Source: Octopus sinensis
Lineage: Eukaryota
Direction: 5' to 3'
Assembly: GCF_006345805.1 (NCBI RefSeq)
Contig: NC_043011.1
Coordinates: 63,066,464 to 63,130,463 of the forward strand
Length of the DNA: 64,000 nt
A program made the position numbers and the translations under genes. Below are positions 1 to 13,238 of the stretch, one piece after another. The notes beneath the pieces are model-generated. The model did not search any database. It saw only the letters and a list, made by a program, of their open reading frames with translations, and was not told the origin of the DNA. The stretch's first letter is position 1. Every line of letters begins with the position of its first letter.

Positions 1-880
1 CAATATTTGTATTATCAGTTCCCGCTTAAGAATCCAGTCAGACGATGTAATAACATTTGCTTTTGATTGAATCCTATGAAGAAGGTGTGTGATAATTCTA
101 CCCCACCATCTACCCCACTACCCCTTGATCTACTCAGATGCAGTGGATGGAAATGAGAGGTAAAATAATTCCAAGGAATGTAACATAATAACCATAATAA
201 ATGGCATTAATGAAATACCTAAACCAATAGTAAAGATATGTGAATATTTGATTTAATTCGATTAGTTTTAGATTTGAGAAACTTTCACGTCGATCAATTT
301 CTTTACAGTAAACAATGTTTAGATTAATTGTACTCAATCATCTATTTCTCATGAATTACTTACGCACAGGATACAAACATCATCAATTATACAGCGGAAA
401 TTTATTTTTTATCAGGAAATATATGTCACATTCATTCTCAATTCTAAGTCGTCTTTCAGTAAATTTGTCTTTTTTTAATTTCATAATAGTGAAACTCGTA
501 ACACAGTGGTTATAGCATAGATTTCGGGGTAAGGACTGGTGGATGGAATATATGGAGTTGGTACGATCATGTGAAGTGGAGCAAGATATAAAGGTGTATG
601 GAATAGCATTGATCAAGTCAAAGCATGTAGAAGTGTATACAGGCTTGGGCAGAAGCATTATTCTCAAGTTTCTCTAACACGCATCCTGGATGTGCTGATA
701 TGGTTCCTCCCCAAAGTGTCTGAAGTAAACTTAATCAACAGAGTATGTATCACCGAGATCAGGGAGGCTCTCCAAATCGAATTTCAAATTCGAGGAACCT
801 CGAGGATGTCTATGTATACTTACTATTATATAACTATCGAATACAATAAATGAATGGAACGTTACCAGGCCATATTCGGT
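1..880 (-). pseudogene. Heavily decayed Penelope-like RT-thumb/endonuclease remnant
   Basis: Weak motifs only (NAIPYTF, LIKNKFPL in ORF 383-667). Confidence 0.25.
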
Positions 881-1172
881 GAAGAAATCATATTGCAATT
901 GTCTTCAGTGTAACACTACAAACTGCAGCCTGATTTTCATTTTCATATCTAATATTTAATAAGAAACAATAATTACTGCTATAAGAAACATTATATTTTC
1001 TATTCACAGATCTTGTTAGGATCAATCCAATATATTGAATGTGGAAGCTATCATCACCTATTACAGAAATAAAAAAGATTCTCTTTTCATATGTGTTTAT
1101 TATTAATTTCCATGACTTTGGCATCCACGTAATATACACACACATGCATGCATAAATATCTATAGACACTCG

Positions 1173-1253
<81 letters not shown>

Positions 1254-1315
1254 GTCTATCTATCTATCTATCTATGACCTATCTATCTATCTATCTATCT
1301 ATATTATATATATAT

Positions 1316-1350
<35 letters not shown>
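1173..1350 (+). repeat. (ATCT)n plus (TA)n microsatellites; representative of dozens of TA, TG/CA, ATCT/AGAT, ATT, TAC and GTA tracts (e.g. 14940-15405, 16320-16580, 37850-38200, 44690-44925)
   Basis: Directly visible; these explain the poly-IY, CV and HT ORFs. Confidence 0.97.
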
Positions 1351-1354
<4 letters not shown>

Positions 1355-1709
1355 CAATTAATCAATTTAGGGTAGCAAAAAATTCAGTAAAAATTTATCG
1401 CTACCAACGGCCTAGTGGAAATAGTCAAAGACTGTTTAGGCCATTCCTAAATTGTTATATTTATACATATTTAGTCTTTGACTATTTTCTCTTTTCCACT
1501 ACGCCGCTGGTAGCGATAAATTTTTACTGAATTTTTTGCTACCCTAAATTGATTAATTGATAATTTTCTGACTAATTCTGAGATTGAATCGGCAGTTTAT
1601 ATTTGCTGCCGATAAGTTTGGCGCGAATGCGTTGGTCTTGAAAATTTTAAGATAGATATTCCCGAGGCATTGATACAGTCGCCTCGTGTATATCCGTCTC
1701 TCCCAGGTT

Positions 1710-1810
1710 TCTTTTACTGATGAAGTGTGACCTATGGTAGACTAGCTTAATTTAATTTAATTAAGCTGGTCTATCATTAAAGACACTGAAACGATGCATC
1801 GTATAAAAGA
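1710..1810 (+). ncRNA. Type I hammerhead ribozyme, predicted cleavage after GUA at 1803
   Basis: Stem I TCTTTTA/TAAAAGA; CTGATGA 1717-1723; stem II AGTGT/ACACT capped by a 19-bp hairpin; GAAA 1788-1791; palindromic stem III ACGATGCATCGT; GUA triplet. Confidence 0.9.
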
Positions 1811-2185
1811 TGAATTAGGGTAAATGTTTTTAAATTTTCACCTTATTTCCGAATTACACTACTTGGCGGTTGGAGTTCTGGCTGCTCTTTCTGGTGGACG
1901 AATGGCCTGTTTAGGCCATTCCTAAATTGTTATATTTATACATATTTAGTCTTTGACTATTTTCTCTTTTCCACTAGGCCGCTGGTAGCGATAAATTTTT
2001 ACTGAATTTTTTTGCTACCCTAAATTGATTAATTGATAATTTTCTGACTAATTCTGAGATTGAATCGGCAGTTTATATTTGCTGCCGATAAGTTTGGCGC
2101 GAATGCGTTGGTCTTGAAAATTTTAAGACAGATATTCCCGAGGCATTGATACAGTCTCCTCGTGTATATCCGTCTCTCCCAGGTT

Positions 2186-2286
2186 TCTTTTACTGATGAA
2201 GTGTGACCTATGGTAGACTAGCTTAATTTAATTTAATTAAGCTGGTCTATCATTAAAGACACTGAAACGATGCATCGTATAAAAGA
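2186..2286 (+). ncRNA. Type I hammerhead ribozyme (second copy), predicted cleavage after 2279
   Basis: Identical to 1710-1810, 476 nt downstream. Confidence 0.9.
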
Positions 2287-2406
2287 TGAATTAGGGTAAA
2301 TGTTTTTAAATTTTCACCTTATTTCCGAATTACACTACTTGGCGGTTGGAGTTCTGGCTGCTCTTTCTGGTGGACGAATGGCCTGTTTAGGCCATTCCTA
2401 AATTGT

Positions 2407-2431
<25 letters not shown>

Positions 2432-2439
<8 letters not shown>

Positions 2440-2610
2440 TTAGAGATAAAACCACTATTAGGCAAATCAAGCAGTGAAAATCATAAACCAATACATAGAA
2501 ATAAAATTAATTAATAAACAATATATAAAATATAAAATTCAAAATTTAAATTATTTAAATTTAAAGTTAAAATTTCTAAAATTATTTAAATTAATAATTT
2601 ATACTTACAA

Positions 2611-2668
<58 letters not shown>

Positions 2669-3423
2669 ATTATTATTATTATTATTATGATTATGATTAT
2701 TATTATTATTATTATCATTAATTTTTAAATATATATAACTATCAAAAAGTATTAAAAGTTTAAAATGAGATAAAGAGTAAAACCACTACGATCGATTCAT
2801 GCCCATAAACCAATTCGAATAACAATAATTTAAATTCGAATTATGGTTATAGTCAATCTTCAGGTTAATTATAATATTTAAATAAATAATCAGAAATATC
2901 TAAACAATATTTTTTAAGAAATGAATAAAATAGTTTTTCTTATAAAAAACTGTATTATCAAACTAGAAACTTAACGATTATGATTGTCATACAATGGATT
3001 ATAATGTTAAATATTAATTTTTAAGTATTAATTTTTAAGGTAAGAAACCCACAAATAATCTAATATCAGTTACAGTCAATATCTACTTACATACATATTT
3101 CACAAAAAAAATGACTATTCATATTATTAAATATAATTTCAAGTCAAATAATTATATAATATTTGAATAGTAAATAAATTATCAATGAAAATATATAAAT
3201 GTATATAAATATTAGAATTAAGATCTAAAATTATCTCTATCAATAAATATATAAATTTATACGTATAAATGATTAATTTAAATTTTTAAAAGAATTTTAA
3301 CTTTAAATTTAAATAATCTAAATTTTGAATTTTATATTTTATATATTTTTTATTAATTAATTTTATTTCTATGTATTGGTTTATGATTTGCCTAATAGTG
3401 GTTTTATCTCTAATTTAATATAT
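2432..3423. mobile_element. Extremely AT-rich fold-back element with ~175-bp imperfect terminal inverted repeats
   Basis: ATTAAATTAGAGATAAAACCACTATTAGGCAAATC... at the left; its reverse complement ends at ~3423. The left arm has a 14-nt insertion. Flanked by TA. Confidence 0.7.
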
Positions 3424-3490
3424 ATATTTATACTATAAAATTAGATTTAATCCTAAATCTAATTTTTCCCTGTAAGTTTGGATTTACTCC

Positions 3491-3605
<115 letters not shown>

Positions 3606-3831
3606 TTATTTCGGATGTTCATCTTTGGGCCAAATAAACACACGTAATATATATTTTTAACGCATCTTAAAATAATAAGATAAAATTATAATTTTATAAT
3701 ATAATTACAGTAATAAACGAGTGAAGAAAAAATATAGATGGTGTGTGTGTGTTTATTTGGCAAAGAGAGTGACAATCCCGAAATACAACAATATCTGTTT
3801 CAACACACAATTATACATCAGGAAACGAAAG

Positions 3832-3871
<40 letters not shown>

Positions 3872-3949
3872 CCTTATGCCAAAGTGATATTACATGCCAC
3901 TCACACTGAAACGAAGCACATTGCCAGTCGGTGATATATCTACAAGTGG

Positions 3950-4480
3950 AGTAAAGTCTATTCATTGACATGCAGCGGGGTGGCTTATGTGAAAGAAAAT
4001 TATATTTTGTATAAAGACAGCTTTAATAATGTAAATAGTATCGATGGCAAATGCGTAGCGTGAGTGCTTTGTTTATACGTACAATATCTGCGGGTTACCA
4101 TCCTGGGGATTATCTTCTCACGCTGCCGAATATTAATGAAAATTGAATGTCGCAGAGCATAAAAGGCAACTCACTCCTACGTTGAACAAGAACATGCATA
4201 GAGATATTTCGTTAGCCGTTTACCTATTCCGTTCATTATTCTACAATAAACCCAGAATGATTCGTACAGGCGGTCGGAGACATATGCAAATTCTACCAAC
4301 TCTATTCCGTGATGTTCTGTGGCGTCGCAAACATTAAGCAAAATGAAATTTTGAATTAAACAAGGCCTTAAAATGCAAACATAGTCACTGATACATTCAT
4401 AATATATGAGATATTTTGATAGGTCCAAGAGTAGCGGTAGAGTACCTTGGGAAACGCCCATTCGTAGTGGTTTCAAGGAA
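3950..4480 (-). pseudogene. Decayed non-LTR reverse transcriptase fragment
   Basis: GVSQGTLPLLL resembles the GVPQGS-LSPLLF RT motif; the rest is degenerate. Confidence 0.3.
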
Positions 4481-4535
4481 CGTTTGTCACGATGTCAACA
4501 ATGTCCACATAATTACATACACACACACACATATT

Positions 4536-4566
<31 letters not shown>

Positions 4567-4569
<3 letters not shown>

Positions 4570-4968
4570 CGCAGGAGTGGCTGTGTGGTAAGTAGCTTGC
4601 TAACCAACCACATGGTTCTGGGTTCACTCCCACTGCGTGGCATCTTGGGCAAGTGTCTTCTGCTATAGCCCCGGGCCGACCAATGCCTTGTGAGTGGATT
4701 TGGTAGACATAAACTGAAAGAAGCCTGTCGTATATATGCATATATATATGTATGTGTTTGTGTGTCTGTGTTTATCCCCCTAGCATTGCTTGACAGCCGA
4801 TGCTGGTGTGTTTATGTCCCCGTCACTTAGCGGTTCGGCAAAAGAGACCGATAGAATAAGTACTGGGCTTACAAAGAATAAGTCCCGGGGTCGACTTGCT
4901 CGACTAAAGGCGGTGCTCCAGCATGGCCGCAGTCAAATGACTGAAACAAGTAAAAGAGTAAAAGAGTA
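4567..4968 (+). mobile_element. tRNA-derived SINE (dominant family) with internal TA/TG microsatellite and (AAAGAGT) tail
   Basis: AGGCGCAGGAGTGGCTGTGTGGTAAG head with A/B-box-like motifs; many copies in the window. Confidence 0.9.
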
Positions 4969-5039
4969 TATATATTACTTCGAGTAGAGTTGTTCGATTC
5001 CTAGTATTTGGGGGGAATTAATATGTATATATATATATA

Positions 5040-5330
5040 TAGTTAATCCAAACAAGAAAAAACAGAAAATAACACAGCAACGCGAGGATGTGGAACAATT
5101 AAAGTATTATTTGACGCTCAGGAAAGAAGGGAAGGAGGGTTTAACGTTTCGAGCGGAGCTTTTCGTCGGAAACAAAGGAGAAGGAAAGATCCCGAGAAGG
5201 AAAGAGATAGGAAAAAAATATTTTTTGCTGGTGGTGCTCAAGAGATCACATGGAGTAGGGAGCTATCCTTGTGCTGTTCAGGAGGGCAAGCTAGTCGTTG
5301 TGGATGTGACGTATATATATAGAGACATAT
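5040..5330 (-). mobile_element. Penelope-associated repeat with a minimal hammerhead-like motif; second copy on + at ~16040-16240
   Basis: The two copies align in opposite orientation; motif TTTCCGACGAAGAGCTCCGCTCGAAACGTTAAAC. Confidence 0.55.
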
Positions 5331-8300
5331 AGTTTATATTCATATAAACGAAGGAAAAGAAAATGTAGATTGGGAAGTTAATAATTGTTTGTTATTAGCA
5401 ATAAATTAATCATCACCATTTACAGCTGTTTCAATTACTACGCATTTAATATTAAGTAAATAGTAAATTTCTATGTCCAAAGCATATCTTCATAGGGAAA
5501 TAATACGCTTGGATATTTTATATGCGTTTATAGACTCATTATAGTAGGCTGCATTAATTGTTAAGCTTACGAATAGACGCTTTCAATGCGTGGATACCAT
5601 ATCATACAAGCTTCAGCTCATGCCATTAATCGTATTAAACGTTACTTCGTAAAACTGAGGAAATGTGCAATCTCAAGAGGTCTATAACAATACGAACAGC
5701 TTTCCTAGTATAATCAGTATACATGGATTTGAGATTGGTACTTCTTTATTTCATGTGTTACTTATATTTCACTGTAAATGTACTCTTTAGATGCAACTCA
5801 TGAATCTAGCATGCATAAGCAATCCTCAGATTTCTTCACATGGATGAGTATTACAAATCGCAGACATTGAAGTAAATCGTTTTAGATACTGGAGTGTTAC
5901 AAGGCCAGTGGGAGGAGGGTGAGAAGCAACAAACGATACTGGGACATCACTCTGAAGAAGTTTATATTAATTAACAACGACTACTGATGCACTAACATGA
6001 AAACTGTCACGCACCATTCCACAGCGATAGGGATTTAATATAGGAATATAAGCATCAATGTTATAGCATAAATAACATTACAGCAGTATTCGTTTTCAGA
6101 TAGCATGTCGTACGCACAAGTTTTGATCAAAACGGAATAAATGTCAGACAGCAGCAAACATCGAAAATGGCACATGCATTTCAGGCTTTGCAATGATGTA
6201 TACTCACAAGCACCCACACATTAGAGGAGAGATCGTCAACTCTTACATAGAAAGCAGCGGACAAATATATTTACCGCTGTTGTGAAAAGCCCGAGTGTAT
6301 ATAAAACCGGTAAACACATTTGAGAGAGTATTAAAGAGTAAATATTTAAAAAACATGTGAGTATCGTAACTAATGCATATACATCTTTCATAGTCCAGTC
6401 AGAGCTATATTCCTCCTGAGATAACATCTCTAGCAGACATACTATTTCAAAATCACAGTAAATATTAGGTGGTGGTGAGTGTCATTCCAGCTGCAAGTAC
6501 CAAGAAAATCATATGTAGTTCCGTCTGTGAATGTTTCATATTGCTCTTATTTTCAATCTGTGGCTATGGTTGCATTACAATACGTTTTTATCAGCTTTTC
6601 TGAAGATTCAACTACGATTCATATTATCACACCATTTCGCTTTCACATAATGACTTTTGTGCCGGCTTATAGCCAATTTTAATATGGTTAACATCCGAAT
6701 ATTATAAATTCGTGCGCCTCAACCACTTTTTGAAATGACAAAAATGTGGTACGGACATTAGATGAGTTGATAAAAGGAAGTTGATATCGACATTAAGTGA
6801 GTTGATATTAATGAAAATGAGAAAGTAGAGAAACTTTAGGACCTAGCGTGTGGGATGAAGAGATTACAATGGTAAAAATTGTCACTGCGTTATTTCTTTT
6901 ACACAGTATGAAATTTCGTAGAAGGGCTTGTTACACTTGTAGATATTCTATCGACCTCGAAAGGATAAAAAGCGAACGCTCAGATTGCCGAAAGAGCGCT
7001 ACGAAGTTTGTTCGGCGCACTAAAGTTTCGGCCAGCTCACCGGATTGATAATTGAGATAATAATTAACAATAACGTGTTATTAGTCACAACGGTCCAAAG
7101 CTTTGACCAAGACTGCAAATTCGAATGAAAAGTTACGAAAAATTTTGGTAGTGCAACATTTACATTTTCGCCAATTAAACACATGCACTATGCAGTCGTT
7201 CTTCACTCGTTTATAACTGTTCTTATTTTAACTGATGTCTATTGTCCGGAGATCTTTCGTCACACATCTGTGACCTCTTCATAGACGCTTTCCATCTTCG
7301 TGTATGCTCCTGCTATGCTTATCCGTTTAGATAATTATAATCGGAATATATGTACAATTAGAACAAGTAGTATTGCCAAGGTGATTAATATCGATAGAAA
7401 GTGCCTGTTGCCTCAACAATATTTTCAAAGCAATGGATGTCTTGTAATTATTTCTTTCACATGTTCCCTATTGATTTTGATGGTATATAAGGTGTTAACC
7501 TTTTGATTCATCGGTGTTTATTGAAATGGAGTTATATTGAGAGAAAACTAAATTATACAATTACTCAATGTAATACGCATTCGTTTAATAAATTTCCTCA
7601 CGGACATGTTGGCGTTAATGAGTTTGTTTATGTCGTGTCTGTAGAATCCGTTGTCTTTCTACTTACACTTGTTGAGTAATTTATTCATTAAATCGCTGCA
7701 GTCGGTATTATTGCCTTCGTAAATTGATAAATATTTTAGGTGGAATTCAATCAATTATGATTTGCATGCACGTTAATGAGTATGTAGCTTTTGATGACAA
7801 GCATTTTTAAAGGTTTCGTACGTAATAGGTTTTTTTTTCTTTTCCATGATGACATGTAACAACTGTTTTACCGTTGATGTACTGACGTCATTACTGTCGA
7901 AGTTGCATATGTAGATATAAATACATAAATGCATATATATATATATACATACATACATATATATGTTTAAATATACGTCAATGAAACGTCACTTGCAACC
8001 GTTGTTCATTGACAATGTGTAACCCTTATGCAGTGACGTGTGTGTAGTTTTGCACCTCTGTGCTAATATTAAGAGGAGAGGAACTCCGATGAGTTTGAAG
8101 ATCTAACAGCAGAAGAAAACTTGTACACTACTTTGCATTTTTATTAGAGAAACTTTATAATTTTAGATTGCACGATTGTCTCAAACTAGGTGATATATAT
8201 ACTAGGAAAAAAGAGAAGCTCAACGTTAAGTCGAAAATATTTTCAAACGGGTTTATATAATATAACTGAATCAGCTTCACTTGACTCTCGTGTGTGGTCG

Positions 8301-9081
8301 TATCTGGAACTGGTAAGGAAGTTGTTTAAGTATTGTGGTTGGTAATTTTTCGATGTTATAAGTACATGAAAGCTTGTTTCTAATAATATTTAGCCAGGTA
8401 ATATTCTCCCTAGCTGAGTGAAAGTTATTTTGTAGTCATCAAGAGTGACTGAAATGTTATATTTGGATATGATGTTGTTAGAATTCCTCGGCATAGCTAT
8501 TTCATTCACGTGCGCGTTGCCGATATTAAATGTGTGACTGTTCGATTTTAAAAAGCTTATTTTTATGATTGCGTGTAGTAAGAGACAGAGAGTATCTGGC
8601 TTATTTTGTCCAGATTGATGTCTAATTAAAATAAAGCATGTCAATGGACAGTCGTGGTTCATTTTAGCCTGGATTCTTAAATCAATAGCAGCCAGAAGGA
8701 TTATACATACGCATATGTTTATATATATATATACACTTACTCGCATATATATCTTTTCTCTTCTTATATACGTTACTATGTCTCAGCCATTGAAATCCAT
8801 CTACAATGGAACACGGCATTAGTGAGCTTTATTGAAACAATGACACTCCAGTCATGTCTTTCCAGCGTGAGACATATGTTCAATTTATTCAATTATTCAG
8901 TCTTACAGTCCAAATGACAAAGCCTTTCCGTTTGCTATGTGTCGGACAGCGGATGACAGCCGCACACGCAAACACTCAAACACGTACACACAGAGAAGAA
9001 ATGCTATTAGGATGCTTCTTGGAGGGTGGCAAATTCAAATGTCTACGCCTTGATATTTTCCAGGTTGTCTATATGTGTATA

Positions 9082-9161
<80 letters not shown>

Positions 9162-9622
9162 AAAGGAAAAAAATAGTAATAATAAAGCAGAATGCTAAAC
9201 TGAAAGCAAATTTAAACGTAACTGGATGTAAGAAAGATTTGAAAGGATTTCAATCCGTCTTTCATTGCATGGCCAAATTTCAAAATAAGGAATGTTTTTT
9301 TTTCAAAACAAAAAAATAAATATATACAAAAATAAATATTCCAATACATCATAGTATATTTAAGTTTTTAAAGTCCAATAGTATTCCATGGAAAAACGTG
9401 TTTGAAGGATGAAGATGCATGTGTTTCAGTGTAGTGTTTTGTTCGAGAAGGTTGGGTGTTTATGTATCAAACAGAAAATGGGGTAGGAGTTATTCAGTTC
9501 CTGTGCATAAGGGGAGATAATTCTATGGGTTTTATACTCTTTAATTTGAATACTGGATTTTTTTGTCAACTGGATGCTAATGCCTGTTCTTAGAAATACA
9601 AGTAAAATATATATTTGTTACT

Positions 9623-10035
9623 AGGCGTAGGAGTGGCTGTGTGGTAAGTAGCTTGCTTACCGACCACATGGTTCAGGGTTCAGTCCCACTACGTGGCACC
9701 TTGGGCAAGTGTCTTCTACTATAGCCTCGGGCCGACCAAAGCCTTGTGAGTGGATTTGGTAGACGCAAACTGAAAGAAGCCCGTCGTACATATGTATATA
9801 TATATGTATGTGTGTGCATGTGCTTGTGTGTCTGTGTTTGTCCTCCCAACATCGCTTGACAACCGATACTGGTGTGTTTACGTCCCCGTAACCTAGCGGT
9901 TCGGTCTAAGAGACCGATAGAATAAGTACTAGTCTCACAAAGAATAAGTCGTGGTGTCGATTTACTCGACTAAAGGTGGTACTCCAGCATGGCCACAGTC
10001 AAATGACTGAAACAAGTAAAAGAGTAAAGAGTAAA
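9623..10035 (+). mobile_element. tRNA-derived SINE, full length
   Basis: Same family as 4567-4968. Confidence 0.9.
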
Positions 10036-10344
10036 GCGTATATATATATTTAATTAGGTAATCTAGAAAAAGGAATACGGTCACCGTGGAGTTTGCACAT
10101 TAAGAAGGGTTTGGAATTGTTCCATAAAAAGATACTCCTTGTTGATTCTTTCTTGTATAGAAATTATGTCTTTACATTGATAGAAAGGGAATAAAAGTAA
10201 TTTGGTTTTTTTTCTAGCGCAAGAGTCTACGTGACCACTGAGTGGGAGATTTATATCTTCTTTATGGACGGCTGCTCTTCTGCGGAAAGGAAGACCCATC
10301 TGTCCGATATAATTGTGTTGGGAACCTGCGTATGTAAGGACGTA

Positions 10345-10760
10345 AGTGAGGTCCTTGCGAACCTCGTAACGGGCTTCTTCGAACTATGACTTATGAGATA
10401 TCACGCCAGAAATTTGGATACCTTTTCCACATCTACTTAATGGAAAACTGGAAAAATACCTAGATGATTGTTTAATCATATGGAAAGAATCTTATGAAAA
10501 ACTTCTAGAATTCAAAACCACGCTTAACAACATACATCCCAATATTCAATTCACTATGGAATTCAGGAAACTTGATCTCCCTTTTCTTGATCTCCTAATT
10601 ATAAAAACACCTAACAACTAAATCACAACCGACATGTACCACAAACCTATAGACTCACGACAATACCTCCTCTTCAGCTCATGCCATCCAAAACACACCA
10701 AAATAAATATCCCCTTCAACTTAGTTAAAAGGATTTGCACCATTGTCTCTGACCCAACCA
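10345..10760 (+). pseudogene. Penelope-like reverse transcriptase fragment
   Basis: ANLVTGFFE...YLDDCLIIW...LNNIHPNIQFTME...LPFLDLLI...TDMYHKPIDSRQYLLFSSCHPKHTKINIPFNLVKRICTIVSD, with a stop and frameshift. Confidence 0.9.
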
Positions 10761-11344
10761 CATGGTTTTTCCCTATTTTTTTAGGATTGCCGGGTGCAGG
10801 TACCCGGTGATTCTTGAGGGTCGCCCCACCAGGTGCCATCGGAATGATTCCTTTATTATCTCCCCTTGTTCAGACCGGTCGACGTAATGGAGCATCGGTT
10901 GGTAGAAGCTATCGCAGTGTTCATGAGTTATTTCATCGAACTTTTTAGGTATCAATTGGTGGGCTCTACTGGACGAGATAAATAAGACAGACATGTATTC
11001 CCTTACGGCTGGTGTAGTTTAACTCTCTTATTTTTTAAGGCTTGGCACCAATTGAGAATTTCAAATTTGATTGCAAAGAATACAAATTTGATGGAAAAGA
11101 ATCCAAATTAGATCAAAAACATCTATAATAATGTTTCAATTTGTAAATGGCCTATTAATCCAATAATTGTAAAACAGAAGTAAGAGGTTCAATACCTCGG
11201 TTTGATTTTTCTGTAAAAAATAATGTTTTAGAGAAAAACAAAATCGGCGGGAGTTTTTGTCTTATCCCTTAATATCATTTTATTTCATCAATGTTTCTGT
11301 CCAGCCCGCAAGATACTCTGTATGATGCCTTAATGGCAAATATT

Positions 11345-11830
11345 TTTGAAATAAAGTAGTTTGCTTACGGACCACATTGTTCCGGGTTCCGTCCCACTGA
11401 GGGCACTTTAGGCAAGTGTCTTCTACTATAGCCTCGGGCCGACCAAACACTTGAGAGTGGATTCGGTAGACGTCGTATATATGTATGGATATGTATGCGT
11501 GTGTATATGATTTTGTGTCTGTTTTTGCCTCCCCCAACATCACTTGACAACCCATGCTGGTGTGTTTACGTCCCCTTAACTTAGCGGTTCGGCATAAGAG
11601 ACCGATATCATAAGTGCTAGGCTAACAAAGAATAACTCCTGGGGTCGATCTGCTCGACTCAAGATGGTGTTCCAGCATGGCCGCAGTCAAATGACTGAAA
11701 GAAGTAAAAGTAAAATAGTACCCATCATTGTTAAACCCAAGGTAATAACAAAAGACGTTTGGCCAAGCTGCTACGCAATGGTACTGAATCCGGAACTATG
11801 TGGTAGTGAATCTACCTTCTTAACACAAAG
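11345..11830. mobile_element. Rearranged SINE pieces (inverted head fragments around a + strand 3' half)
   Basis: Segments match the SINE family in both orientations. Confidence 0.7.
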
Positions 11831-12058
11831 CCGTACCTACGCCCATATACGCACACATACACATACACACACACACGCACGCACACACGCACGCACACAC
11901 ACATACACACATATATACCTGATGTTACCTATATAACAATGGACATGATGTGCATTCAATTTTTCATATAAATGTTTTCCCAATTGCATATTTAACAGCA
12001 CGCGTATGACATCCTACGTATGTATTGAAAAATGACCTCGACTTCTGTCTATCAAAAG

Positions 12059-12092
<34 letters not shown>

Positions 12093-12136
12093 CTTTTGAT
12101 AGACATATATATAGACATATCACAACTCCACTTTCT

Positions 12137-12186
<50 letters not shown>

Positions 12187-12381
12187 TTACTTTTGATAGA
12201 CATATATTACAACAAAGGAGTCAGAAATTATTGTTGGGGAAATAGTCGATTTTATTTAACGTACAAAGCGAACAAATTTGAAACCATAGAAAAAGTATTC
12301 ACCCAATACACATATATGGTGAGGACTCGAGGCTTTATTGAATGGCGCTGAGAATAAGCACCTGCGCTAGTATATTCTACG

Positions 12382-12388
12382 TATATAA
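12382..12388 (+). promoter_or_regulatory. TATA box candidate for the 12463 first exon
   Basis: TATATAA in unique (non-microsatellite) sequence about 75-80 nt upstream of the ATG. Confidence 0.4.
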
Positions 12389-12462
12389 GATATAGTTACT
12401 CGAAATAAGTGACTAGTGGTCGTCCTTGGTATTTAATCATAAGAATTCTTACTCAACAAATG

Positions 12463-12499
12463 ATGAAATCGGTGCTATTTCTTTGCTTTGTACTTATTG
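12463..12499 (+). CDS. Alternative (upstream) signal-peptide exon of six-Cys secreted protein gene 1: MKSVLFLCFVLI-G, phase 1
   Basis: ATG AAA TCG GTG CTA TTT CTT TGC TTT GTA CTT ATT G|GTAAGT. It has the same 37-nt length, phase and MKSV start as exon 15487-15523. An in-frame ATG also lies at 12460, and TATATAA at 12382-12388. Confidence 0.7.
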
Positions 12500-12952
12500 G
12501 TAAGTTTTTACGAGTAAAACTCTTGCTCCCTATTATTGATTATTATTTTTTATTAGCTGTGACCCTTGAATTTGTATGCCTTTTGCGCGTTTATGAGCAA
12601 CTCACAAATAACGTAAAAATAACAGTGTTTTCTCAACTCAAGAAAAAATTTCTAACTATATACGATGCCCTGATGCTAATATTTATATACATACACGCAG
12701 CTGACAGAATCGTTAGCACGACGTGTGAAGTGCTTTGCGGTATTTCGTCTGCCGTTACGTACTGAGTTCACCTTTCACCGAGGTTGACTTTGCCTTTCAT
12801 CCATTCGGGGTCGATTGAATAAGTACCAGTTACACACTGGGGTCGATGTAATCGACTTAATCCTTTTGTCTGTCCTAGTTTGTCCCCTCTATGTTTAGGC
12901 CCCTGTGGGCAATACAATATATATATACAAAAACACATATCCACACACACGT

Positions 12953-13004
<52 letters not shown>

Positions 13005-13238
13005 TGTACAATACCTGTATATAATATATATCATAATGATATTTAATTTCCGATTTTAAAGCGACAATTTTTAAATATAAGCAAATGACCGAAAATGATG
13101 AGATAACTTCAGGCTGAATCGAACCCACAAATTTTAGCTGACATGGCTCCTTGCGAACCTGATTGGCCAAACGCTCACCCATCAATTTCAGTCAAATTTA
13201 GTTAATATATACTTAATCTGTCTGAATACTACATAAAT

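Larger units (their letters stand above)
1351..2409 (+). mobile_element. Penelope-pLTR/retrozyme-like element: two tandem ~476-bp units (1433-1907, 1908-2383) plus a partial third, with an inverted partial copy at the 5' end (1351-1432)
   Basis: Near-identical direct repeats. 1351-1432 is the reverse complement of ~1474-1561 with a 7-nt deletion. Each unit carries a hammerhead. Tandem plus inverted pLTR architecture is established for Penelope-like elements. Confidence 0.75.

Noticed and set aside
4567-4640. SINE heads as tRNA genes
   Set aside because: No complete cloverleaf; they continue into SINE bodies.
8250-8318. TATA-like sequence plus a CTG|GTAAGG donor as a non-coding first exon of gene 1
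   Set aside because: Plausible but has no ATG, homolog or other support.
8390-8746. 118-aa minus-strand ORF as a paralog of the 39661 orphan (DCPLTCFI versus DSPVILFI)
   Set aside because: Similarity is limited to one short motif, there is no acceptor, and it begins in a microsatellite.
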